This document shows positions 53,085-64,000 of a stretch of 64,000 nt of DNA, piece by piece. The number at the start of each line of letters is the position of its first letter. Position 1 is the first letter of the stretch. The notes under the pieces are model-generated. The model had not been told where the DNA came from, made no database searches, and was given only the letters and a program-made list of their open reading frames with translations. The stretch comes from Pecten maximus (taxonomy: Eukaryota), in NCBI RefSeq assembly GCF_902652985.1, contig NC_047026.1:26288001-26352000 (forward strand), given 5' to 3'. Position numbers and translations under genes: made by a program.

Positions 53085-53767
53085 CACCCAAGAATGCTTC
53101 AGACCAAATATGGACAAAATCCTTTCATTCCTACAGAAAAAGAGTTTTAACCACTTTGTTACATATTTCCCCTGTTTGGCCCCGCCCCTCAGGACCCTAG
53201 GGGGCCAAGCCCATCATTTATACAACCTTCACCTTCACCCAAGGATCCCTTGAATTCCTACAGATTCCTAATCAGGATATCAAAGTAATTGTTATATTCC
53301 TCTACTGGTCCCCTACACTCCAGCCCAAAGAGGGCAGACCCTTCATTTATATATTTATATAGTGACCACTTGCCATAGCAACCATAATTTTGAGAAAAAG
53401 AAAGTGGCATGCACATCTACACATGGTCCTCTATATTTGTGTGAAGTTTCATTGAAATCGGCCCTTCGGTTTAGGAGGAGTTGTCAGGACAAACTTACAG
53501 TTATGGTTCTTATCGGAAAACCTGTTTATAGTGACCAGTTGCCATAGCAACCATAATTTTGAGAAAAAGAAAGTGGCATGCACATCTACACATGGTCCTC
53601 TATATTTGTGTGAAGTTTCATTGAAATCGGCCCTTCGGTTTAGGAGGAGTTGTCCAGGAGTTGTCTCCGGACAAAATGTGTTGACAGACGGACGGACGGA
53701 TGGACAGACCGACAACCTGATTCCAGTATATCCCCCTAACTTCGTTGGGGGGGAGGGGGGGTATAAT
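53085..53767 (-). mobile_element. Non-autonomous Helentron-associated element (HINE/pearl-type) with 169-bp core repeats
   Basis: Minus-strand end ATTATACCCCCCC...CAACGAAGTTAGGGGGATATACTGGAATCAGGTTG hairpin, (GACG/GACA)n microsatellite at 53683-53713, tandem 169-bp cores starting at 53361 and 53530. Confidence 0.8.
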
Positions 53768-53779
53768 AAAGATACTGAC

Positions 53780-54200
53780 TTACAGACTGGTGAACAAAAT
53801 TTATTAAACACTAACATGTACATCATTTCAACACTACAAATAAACATGAAATATCATCTTCTATAAGGACTGCTGCTTCAACAAACTTATCTACACCATC
53901 TGTTATAGTCTTCAAGGTTACTCAGCATTTTCTGCAGTTGATCTCTGAGTGACCCCTAAGTTGTAAACATTTATGTGCAGTAAGCTGAGAAAGGCTATGA
54001 AGACTTATCCTGAAGACATCACATCAAAGTAATTTGTCATCTGACTGATCCTGCACTGATGCAAAAGGTAGATTTATAGTCTTATCAAAGAGAAGTTGTA
54101 ACTCAACTCCATGAAAGCTTTGGTAGCCATGGTAACTACATCATATTCTTGTTTGATGACTTGAATCCTCAAGGTTTTTGGTTTTCCAGTTTGTAGTCAT
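53780..54200 (-). other. Probable terminal exon of an unidentified minus-strand gene (coding tail DDYKLENQKP* if phase 1, MTTNWKTKNLEDSSHQTRI* if phase 0)
   Basis: Strong minus-strand acceptor ctctttttttttcag| at 54201/54200; minus-strand AATAAA at 53800-53805; the upstream ~10 kb is CpG-poor like a methylated gene body. Confidence 0.45.
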
Positions 54201-54303
54201 CTGAAAAAAAAAGAGTGTTTTTTATGTTAATATCAACAATTCCTAACATAACTATTGTTAACATTACTATTGTTTGATTGACAGTGTCATCTTAAGGTTT
54301 GAT

Positions 54304-55130
54304 ACTAACCTACACAGGTAATCCTATCACCTGTCCCTAGTTGTCATTACCTAACCTACACAGGTAATCCTATCACCTGTCCCTAGTTGTCATTACCTAA
54401 CCTACACAGGTAATCCTATCACCTGTCCCTAGTTGTCAATACTAACCTACACAGGTAATCCTATCACCTGTCCCTAGTTGTCATTACCTAACCTACACAG
54501 GTAATCCTATCACCTGTCCCTAATTGCCAGTACCTAACCCACACAGGTAATCCTATCACCTGTCCCTAGTTGTCAGTACCTAACCTACACAGGTAATCCT
54601 ATCACCTGTCCCTAGTTGTCAGTACCTAACCTACACAGATAATCATATATCACCTGTCCCTAGTTGTCAGTACCTAACCTACACAGGTAATCCTATCACC
54701 TGTCCCTAGTTGTCAGTACCTAACCTACACAGGTAATCCTATCACCTGTCCCTAGTTGTCAGTACCTAACCTACACAGGTAATCCTATCACCTGTCCCTG
54801 GTTGTCAGTACCTAACCTACACAGGAAATCCTATCACCTGTCCCTAGTTGTCAGTACCTTACCTACACAGGTAATCCTATCACCTGTCCTTAGTTGTCAG
54901 TATCTTACCTACACAGGTAACCCTATCACCTGTCCCTAGTTGTCAGTACCTAACCTACACAGGTAATCCTATCACCTGTCCCTAGTTGTCAGTACCTTAC
55001 CTACACAGGTAATCCTATCACCTGTCCCTAGTTGTCAGTACCTAACCTACACAGGTAATCCTATCACCTGTTCCTAGTTGTCAGTACCTAACCTACACAG
55101 GTAATCCTATCACCTGTCCCTAGTTGTCAA
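54304..55130. repeat. Minisatellite, 46-bp unit
   Basis: ACCTAACCTACACAGGTAATCCTATCACCTGTCCCTAGTTGTCAGT, about 18 copies; internal hairpin ACAGGTAAT/ATCACCTGT. Confidence 0.96.
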
Positions 55131-57479
55131 TCCTCCGTCCACAGTTTCTATTTACTTGCACAGGTGATTCTTTATATTTCAGTATGTAACTGATTACCTG
55201 AACTATTATATTTAAATCTTGCTGTAGGTAACACAGTCTTATCGTCAATATAACTGATATGCCTGAATCTCCCGTTACATTTTTCTATTTAGAATTGAAA
55301 TAATATCCCCTTGGCAAGTTTGGCCCAGAACAATGTGAAATTTTTAATGCAATCATTCACCTTAAATGTTTTTCATTTAATGGCTCTCAAAAATACCTAA
55401 TGTTTAATATTATTTTGATGTATAGATTGCCCTAACAATATATGTAAATATTCATAATAGGGATGTTGGCATATAATACCGATTGTTCTCCATAAAATGG
55501 ATGGATGTCATGGTATCATTGTCCACGCCGGCTGTCTATGGTGATACATGTGACAACAGCTGCTGGGAAATAAGTATTAAGTACCACCCAGGCTCATATA
55601 CTGACAATTATTGATGTAGTATTTTCATTTTTGGCTCTAAATACATGTTTATACACAATCAAGTGCTTTAACAGGTAGAAGATAGTGAACCTGTCCCACA
55701 ATGGCCTATCAGAGTATATATTACTATCATCTGCAATTTAAGTAGCTCAACATACATTTTTGTCAATGCCAGCAATATATATACAGCATGATACTTGGAT
55801 TTTTTTGCTATGATAAAAGTTAGATATTAAATTTTTGTTTTAATATTATGTATGATATGGAGAAGTGTATACAATGGTACATTATCGTATTCCACACACA
55901 CAACATTTTATAAACTGTAAATACATTTTTGCACTTGGTTTGTAAACAGCTTATCATGAAAAGTTTGTAAAACTTAGGATGCCTTACATACATGCCTGTC
56001 AATCATTTTGGAAATCAATTACAGGAAGTGAATGTAATGTTACTGCTATTTCTTCATCACATCATTTTAGTGTTTTCAAGCAATGTTCTGTAAATTTCAT
56101 TCTTAGTAACAGTGACCTGGGCTTCGGATTAATATTTAGAACCAAGACAAAAAAAAAGAAAAAATTGTACATATCATTAAAAACTGCCAGTATGCTTAGC
56201 TTTTTTTCTAATAATTTGAACCCTGTAACCTTGAAAGTAGGTCAAGGTATTCATTAAAAAATTGGTAATTCTTCATTTAAAATGCTGTTTTCCTAAAAAT
56301 CATGTCTCTAGGCCTGTCAGCTATTGAGAAGATGATGGACAGAGGGACAACTTCTGGTAGACAAACAACATCTAATTATAAGCTAATGAACAAGCAGGAC
56401 AAATTAAAAAGCATAATAAAATATATACCTAATTTGGGAAGTAAATAATTTGTACAATTTATAAGCTCGTTTAATACAATATCTACTATGGATACTTGAG
56501 AATGCAATTAAGAGAATTCTTCTTAGCAGTTTTGTTGAATGTCTTGTAAATTTTTGCTGAATGTTACAAGGTAATTTATTCTTATAATCAATTTTGTTGA
56601 ATTCTTTCCAAACGTAATATTTCATTCACTAAATCTTCACAACCTTTCAGTATGTAACAATTAATATAGATACAGGTGTAACGATGGTATTATCACTGAC
56701 TTGTAATATGACTAACATTGGGATCCATACAGTATTGTGTGTTCAGGTGAGCTTTGTCATTGTTTTTACCTGTTAAGGATTTTGTCAGATCTTAAAACTA
56801 TAGCAAGGTTTTGTTGAAGTAATTTCCACAAAGCTTGTCAATCAAATACAACTCGGCTAGCTTATATTCTTAGGCTGGTTTTGTCAGCCATCCATATCGT
56901 TGATCTTTTTGGAAAAAAAATGTACATGTGTATTTTGAACAATACTACTGGTACTATACATACAATACCCATGTTCAAAGGTCTGGTATACTTTACCACT
57001 TTATTAGTTAAATAAATTTCCTCTAGACTATTTAACAACATGAATTTTCTCTATACCATTTAATGACCAATTCAAATTATATCTTGACAAAAAAACTTGA
57101 CATATTCTATTTGATAACATCCCTATTTAAGGTAGTATCCTATATTACGTGTCTCTAATGAAGGAGAGTTCTGAATTAATGTTAGGCCCTTTTATAACTT
57201 GGAGTTGCTTCACTTTAGCAGGCCTTTTTATAACTTTTTATAGCGAAGAGTTCTACATTCATTACGTTTTTTTCAGAGATAACATTGTTATTTCATAATG
57301 TTATTTGTGTTTGTGGTACGTATGTATTGCTCAAAGATTTTTCTCTTTTTAGATTTGTTTATTCACAATATCACCAAAACCTCCATCGGAGACATATCTT
57401 AATTAATAGTCACCATCTCATGAGTCCCGCAATTAAATATACAAGATGTAAGGGACCAAGGAGAATCTGGACAACTAGA

Positions 57480-58794
57480 GACCAAAGGGAACAGCTGAGA
57501 AAGACCTTTCATCCAGTACTTCTTCAGGAATATCGGGGGGGGGGGGGGGGGGATTGTTTAAGGACATATGGAGCAGCTTTAAGAATGCCAAACGATGGTC
57601 CAATATGAGAGTTGTTTGTGTCTGATGATAACAAGAACTGTCATGATCCCTGTCATCACAATAAGGATTTCCCCTAGGAGGTGTAGAAGCAATACAATTG
57701 TTAGGGAGACAATAGATGTCTATCTACACAATGAAATATTTATAATACTTTCAACAACAGCACAGCTTTTAACTTCAGATCAATACGGAGCCAGTTTGAA
57801 TATTTCAAAAGCTGCCCAACACCTGTATTAAAAACTGATAAATGACAAGATTATACAATATCATCAAGGCGAAAGACATTAAAGAAGCCATGTTTATCAT
57901 CGTTTCACTGACACTGCCTCTTATTGTGATCCCTCCATGTCACTAGGACAGTTGGATTATTTGAAAGAATTGATAAATTAACCCGCCTACAGCTGATTGG
58001 TCAGTTTTGCAAGATCATCAGCTGATTTAACTAAGGATGGCTGCAAATTAATTAATATATAGATATTGTAAATTAATTAATATATAGATATTGTAAATTA
58101 ATTAATATATAGATATTGTAAATTAATTAATATATAGATATTGTAAATTAATTAATATATAGATATTGTAAATTAATTAATATATAGATATTGTAAATTA
58201 ATTAATATATAGATATTGCAAATAACATATTTTGGCATTTATACAATAATCATGTTTCAGAGACTAGAAAATATGATACTGTTCGGGCCGAAACAATTGC
58301 TTGGTGGGTACAAACCTTAACCTCATGGCACTTTTACATGGTGACCCAAACTTGCCAGATGATGAAAATAAAGATATCTTTTACCATATTCAAAACTTCA
58401 TAATCAGAACAGGCAGATTTTAAAATTATAATGGGTTTCATATAAAATCTAGACTCATCTCCCTCTCTCTCCCTCTCAATCTATCTATCTTTCTCTCTCT
58501 CCTTCCCACTCTCTCTCAACTATCATGTATCCATATGAATATTTTTCCTTTTTTCTAAAGAGCCTATATTACCATAATTATCATAGTCGGTCTTGTTATT
58601 TGATCTTAACATTTATTGTAATTGCTATTATATCAGTAAACTAATTTGTATAGCACATGTGTAAATCATATACGTACAGAGACGGCTTCAGATAAGAGCG
58701 TACTGTTGTTGCCAGATCCCTAAACTTAAATTGTTGTATATTATTGACTCATATGTTGTAAATATTTTGGTAATAAACTACTGTTTAAACCAAC
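57480..58794 (+). mobile_element. Decayed CR1-type LINE 3' portion
   Basis: MVQYESCL, then ORF2 end LLHGDPNLPDDENKDIFYHIQNFIIRTGRF* (TAA 58421-58423), CT microsatellite, 3' UTR and AATAAA...TGTTTAAACCAA tail. Confidence 0.75.
58046..58222. repeat. AT-rich minisatellite, 25-bp unit, inside the LINE remnant
   Basis: AAATTAATTAATATATAGATATTGT x7. Confidence 0.95.
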
Positions 58795-58974
58795 ATATTT
58801 TGCCGTCAAGCAGTTGATGGAAATATGTGAGTACATGTACTTGTACCAGTCAATTCTGAGGACACAAAATTAATATGCTGAATATGTGCTATATATGGCC
58901 ACATTAGTGGGAGTCAGGTTTACTCCACTAATGTTTGATTCACCATGTCATGCAGCATAAGAATTGTATCTGAT

Positions 58975-59180
58975 CTACCCCACTGTATGATCGTAAGAGG
59001 CAACTAAATTTGTGATCTTATCTTCTTCCTTATGTCTCCTTGACAAAGCCTCACATTTGGCCTTTAGCTGAGTGTTCGCCCCTGTGAGGAAGGTTTTGGG
59101 TTTTGTCCCCTGGCCGAGACATACCAGTGTAATTGCAGTTTCTGCTACTTCTTAGCTGTCAGCATTTTGGGAGGACCAAA
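58975..59180 (+). mobile_element. tRNA-derived SINE fragment (Meta/MESC-domain-like)
   Basis: TGATCGTAAGAGGCAACTAA, then a degenerate tRNA head (TAGCTGAGTG...GGGTTTTGTCCCCTGGCCGAGACATACCAG) and ...TTCTGCTACTTCTTAGCTGTCAGCAT. Confidence 0.45.
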
Positions 59181-60496
59181 GTGATTCAATATTTCAGGGA
59201 TCCAAATAATTCAATGTTAAATTGGTCCAACTGAGCTACTTGATGCTTTAAGAGTCTGGGTGACTCCATCATTTAAGGACCCTGAGTGATTCAATATTTT
59301 AGGGATCGGGGTGCCACTTTCGGGAGTATGTTGGGATGACCCACATCCTTTACCAGGTCTGCAGCTCTGAAAATGCCAAACAAGTGGTTGCTGACAGATG
59401 AAATCTACCCCAGCACAACACCTAGGTGTATGCCTGAATGGTTTTACACCTATACATTATCATACAGAACACTGATTTCCCTGGGGACACTGATAAGGTG
59501 TTTGTCAACAGGGACCTTCAACTTAAAGTACTGTCAACTTAACCAATTTTCAAATAAGGATTTGCAATTGTAGTAAGCTTTATTTTTCATTTTTCCATCT
59601 AGCAATGATTTACTTATTTCAGGATAATTTTTGTTTTGTCTTTTAATAAAAACGATGATATTGTATACATGAAGAAAATCTCTGATTATTTTTAAATCAA
59701 ACTTGTAATCTGTGGTGCTATTACATCAAACATTATGACAGGCCAAATATATACAGACTTGTGGTGGTAATTGTATTAATGGTTAATTTCTGCACTTTAA
59801 TTCCTTTTAAAAATTACCAATTTGCAAGCTTGTATATCATTATTGCTTTATTACAATTAAGTTTTTCAAGCAATTTTATTATTATTGAATGCCAAATCTT
59901 CATTAAACAGAAGACATGCCACTGCACCAGATGAACCCTGATGATGTAATTGGTGTAAGCCTGGGCATACATACATGTAGGCAAAGAAATCCAGTTGGTG
60001 GTTGTGGTGTGTCAACACTTTGACAGCAGACAGTTAAAAGACTAATTTTTGCAAAAATACTGTTTTCATCAAATTCTTAATCATTATGAAACAAAATATT
60101 TACCTACAGATACAGTATTTAGCCTCTCCTTAGCTGCAACAGGTTTAAGATCATTTTTTTTAATTTACATATTTTCGTAGCTTAAGTCCTTCATGAAATA
60201 CATACATGCCTGTGTAAATAATCACATCAAAATATAATTAAACTGATACCTAAAACTAAGAAATATAAAATATATGGTCAGTTGTATGTGTGTCTCGCTA
60301 TGTTGCCGTATGGTGGTTTATAAACTTGGGTACATAGGTCCTGTGGAAGGTCTCACTCCTCTAACCAGGTACCACCTTATCAATTAGTTGGTACACATTG
60401 GTCAACAGTTTACACCCCAAATTTAAGCTTGGTTTAAACTGAGTACTGGACAAGAATCAAACCCTGATCTCTGGCATGATAAACCCTGGCTCTACT

Positions 60497-60582
60497 CACA
60501 GGGGCTTGGCACGATTTTCCAAATGATAGTCCATATATATATGTATGGACTATCATTTGGAAAATCGTGCCAAGCCCCTGTG
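60497..60582. mobile_element. 86-bp hairpin MITE with 8-bp TSD (P- or hAT-type)
   Basis: Perfect 39-bp arms CACAGGGGCTTGGCACGATTTTCCAAATGATAGTCCATA; GCTCTACT duplicated at 60489-60496 and 60583-60590. Confidence 0.9.
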
Positions 60583-61039
60583 GCTCTACTAACCGAGTCA
60601 AAGAAGCATGCTCTGTCAACTAGGTATAGCTCCTGTACAAGTCTCTGACCCAGTTTCTAGATGAAGTCATTTATTATGTGTAAATGGCTTATTGATTTTT
60701 AAAATTTGTATATTTTTATACTTCTTTCCAGAATAAAAATCACACTGTAGGCGAGTTGCTATATGGTCAAAGTAAGCTACTACCCACACAGATAAAGGGG
60801 GCACTCCAGTAATGGAGTGTCATATGTTACCAGGTCCAAGGGATGACTTTCTACCCTGTTATCATCATTGTCGTACTTTTCTCTAACAACAACATGTTAT
60901 TAGAGTTTTTATTCTCCTTTCATATTGAGGATAAGACATCTAGAAATCAATGATACTTCAATACAGTTAATGATTTGTCTATCGGCCAAGACTTCATTTA
61001 GTTGCATTATTGGTCAAAAGGGATGAAAGATGGTAAAGG

Positions 61040-61498
61040 TTGGATTTAGGTGGTCAACAGGGATGGAGGTTGGATTGAGGTGGTCAACAGGGATGGAGGT
61101 TGGATTGAGGTGGTCAATAGGGATGGAGGATGGATTGAGGTGGTCAACAGGGATGGAGAATGGATTGAGGTGGTCAATAGGGATGGAGGATGGATTGAGG
61201 TGGTCAATAGGGATGGAGGATGGATTGAGGTGGTCAATAGGGATGGAGAATGGATTGAGGTGGTCAATAGGGATGGAGGATGGATTGAGGTGGTCAATAG
61301 GGATGGAGGTTGGATTGAGGTGGTCAATAGGGATGGAGGATGGATTGAGGTGGTCAATAGGGATGGAGGATGGATTGAGGTGGTCAATAGGGATGGAGGA
61401 TGGATTGAGGTGGTCAATAGGGATGGAGGATGGATTGAGGTGGTCAATAGGGATGGAGGATGGATTGAGGTGGTCAATAGGGATGGAGGTTGGATTGA
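61040..61498. repeat. Minisatellite, 30-bp unit
   Basis: TGGATTGAGGTGGTCAATAGGGATGGAGGA x15. Confidence 0.96.
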
Positions 61499-61638
61499 AT
61501 GTCTAGCTGGGTTTAATCTGTGAACTGATTGAACTGATTGAACAGATTATTGGTCAGCTTGATGTAGCCTCTTGGTGATAATATCTGCATGTATTTACAT
61601 CATTTCTCACTGGCTTTGTGATGTAATAAATGATATGA

Positions 61639-62138
61639 NNNNNNNNNNNNNNNNNNNNNNNNNNNNNNNNNNNNNNNNNNNNNNNNNNNNNNNNNNNNNN
61701 NNNNNNNNNNNNNNNNNNNNNNNNNNNNNNNNNNNNNNNNNNNNNNNNNNNNNNNNNNNNNNNNNNNNNNNNNNNNNNNNNNNNNNNNNNNNNNNNNNNN
61801 NNNNNNNNNNNNNNNNNNNNNNNNNNNNNNNNNNNNNNNNNNNNNNNNNNNNNNNNNNNNNNNNNNNNNNNNNNNNNNNNNNNNNNNNNNNNNNNNNNNN
61901 NNNNNNNNNNNNNNNNNNNNNNNNNNNNNNNNNNNNNNNNNNNNNNNNNNNNNNNNNNNNNNNNNNNNNNNNNNNNNNNNNNNNNNNNNNNNNNNNNNNN
62001 NNNNNNNNNNNNNNNNNNNNNNNNNNNNNNNNNNNNNNNNNNNNNNNNNNNNNNNNNNNNNNNNNNNNNNNNNNNNNNNNNNNNNNNNNNNNNNNNNNNN
62101 NNNNNNNNNNNNNNNNNNNNNNNNNNNNNNNNNNNNNN
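61639..62138. other. Assembly gap (500 N)
   Basis: Run of exactly 500 N, probably a fixed-size scaffolding gap. Confidence 0.99.
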
Positions 62139-62755
62139 TACCACGCCCTACACTACCCTACACTTGTTGGGGGCCTGTACCACACCCCTACACTACCCTA
62201 CACTTGTTGGGGACCTGTACCACGCCCTACACTACCCTAAACTTGTTGGGGACCTGTACCACGCCCTACACTACCCTACACTTGTTGGGGACCTGTACCA
62301 CACCCCTACACTACCCTACACTTGTTGGGGACCTGTACCACGCCCTACACTACCCTACACTTGTTGGGGACCTGTACCACGCCCTACACTACCCTACACT
62401 TGTTGGGGACCTGTACCACGCCCTACACTACCCTACACTTGTTGGGGACCTGTACCACGCCCTACACTACCCTACACTTGTTGGGGACCTGTACCACGCC
62501 CCTACACTACCCTCCACTTATATACACACATTGGATGTTGGGGACCTGTACCACGCCCCTACACTACCCTACACTTGTTGGGGACCTGTACCACGCCCTA
62601 CACTACCCTACACTTGTTGGGGACCTGTACCACGCCCTACACTACCCTACACTTGTTGGGGACCTGTACCACGCCCTACACTACCCTACACTTGTTGGGG
62701 ACCTGTACCACGCCCTACACTACCCTACACTTGTTGGGGACCTGTACCACGCCCC
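62139..62755. repeat. Minisatellite, 39-40-bp unit (truncated by the gap)
   Basis: CCACGCCCTACACTACCCTACACTTGTTGGGGACCTGTA. Confidence 0.96.
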
Positions 62756-62942
62756 GTCACTACCTCTTAGACTACATATTCTGAAGCTGTCAGTTGTGTA
62801 CCAGTTTTCAGGTCATTCAACCAAAGGTCAAACTTGTTCCCTTTAAAATCTAGGTGAAGGGGAAGTAAGGTTACTAGTTTATCTTTCAAATCACTTTGAA
62901 ATAAATTAACAATCAAGTGCTTAACATGTCTACACACTAACA

Positions 62943-63444
62943 CATGGCTCATACATAATCTTCATACCAAAATTCAAGCAGTTTTTCAGCACGTTTTTCA
63001 ATTGTCCAGGTGCATTTTTTCGTCTCAACTTGCATGGAATTAGGTCATTTTTTACCTTTAACTTCATTAAGACAGCAAAAGAGCATCACCATTAAGATTT
63101 ATTACTTTTTATCAAATATCATCTTTACGAACTATTGAATTGTGTCAAGACTTGGATGTGGAAAGCATGTTTGTTTAGTTCTTATCAAATAAAACACATC
63201 CAACTATATTTATGTTTTTAATTTTCTTCTTAAAAGATTTGAATTTTACAGCAAGTAAGTAGGATTCCCAGTACAAGTAATTGTGAGCAAATTCAAGCAC
63301 TTTTCCAGCACTGACCCCAGCATTGTCCAGTAGTGACCCCAGCATTTTCCAGCACTGACCAGAGCATTGTCCATTAATGACCCCAGCATTTTTCCAGTTC
63401 TGACCCCAAATTCTGGGAAATTTTCATTGTCTGCACAAACCATG
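62943..63444. mobile_element. Decayed hAT-like MITE with ~21-bp subterminal repeats
   Basis: CATGG...CCATG ends, repeated AATTCAAGCA and TGACCCCAGCATT(G/T)TCCAG units at 63290-63410; no TSD visible. Confidence 0.35.
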
Positions 63445-64000
63445 AAACGCAGTGAATCTTATGTAAAAACTATCCCTGTTTCTCCCACAACTAATTTTGA
63501 TAATTGTTCTGGAAGTATTTTCTGAATGAAAAGAATTATGAATTTTTAATTGTTTGATACCAATCTAATCATGAACCAAAAAATCAAATTTGGAAAAAAA
63601 GAAAATACATTAACTATTTAAAAACATCACATTTTAAAATCTATCGGTTTATCTTTCCCAACGAATACCAACTGTCACATGCTTTTGTTTAAATGTTATT
63701 TCTGCCTATTTGAGTTTCTAAATCTGATTCTCCCAGCTCCAGAAAAAAAAATGCACCAAAATGCCTTTTGAACTGTTTGTTTACATGAATTCATTGTTGC
63801 ACAAATTTCAAATTTAAAACAAATCAGTTTAAGTTATCTTTTACCTCGTATGACTAGACATATTTGATACCCGTATAAAAGCCAGACTTATCAATATTCT
63901 GTTAGCTATGATCGGCTGTGTCTTTTGAAGTCATTGTAAGGTATGGTTTAAAAATTGTATAGACACAATATACATCAAAGGTAAAAATACACTATACCAG

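Noticed and set aside
61554-62240. ORFs spanning the N run
   Set aside because: Artefacts of the assembly gap

Overview
This is AT-rich animal genomic DNA, and the repeat families suggest a mollusc, probably a bivalve (inference). One complete protein-coding gene is clear: a six-exon Mad/Mxi1-type (MXD) MAX-partner bHLH-ZIP repressor on the + strand (36411-39958, 612 nt CDS, 203 aa, assembled by hand from GT-AG splice sites), followed by a long 3' UTR. A probable terminal exon of a second, minus-strand gene lies at about 53780-54200. The rest is a dense mix of about 20 distinct minisatellite arrays (12-66 bp units), decayed LINE 3' ends, a Helentron-associated (HINE/pearl-type) element, several MITEs and hairpin elements, SINE fragments and a 500-N assembly gap. 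Nearly all long ORFs in the supplied track are translations of tandem repeats. I found no rRNA, tRNA gene, CRISPR array or convincing new multi-gene system. The best leads are conserved regulatory and isoform features of the Mad gene, a 5.2-kb segment bounded by ~185-bp inverted repeats, and several visible stages of satellite birth and turnover.
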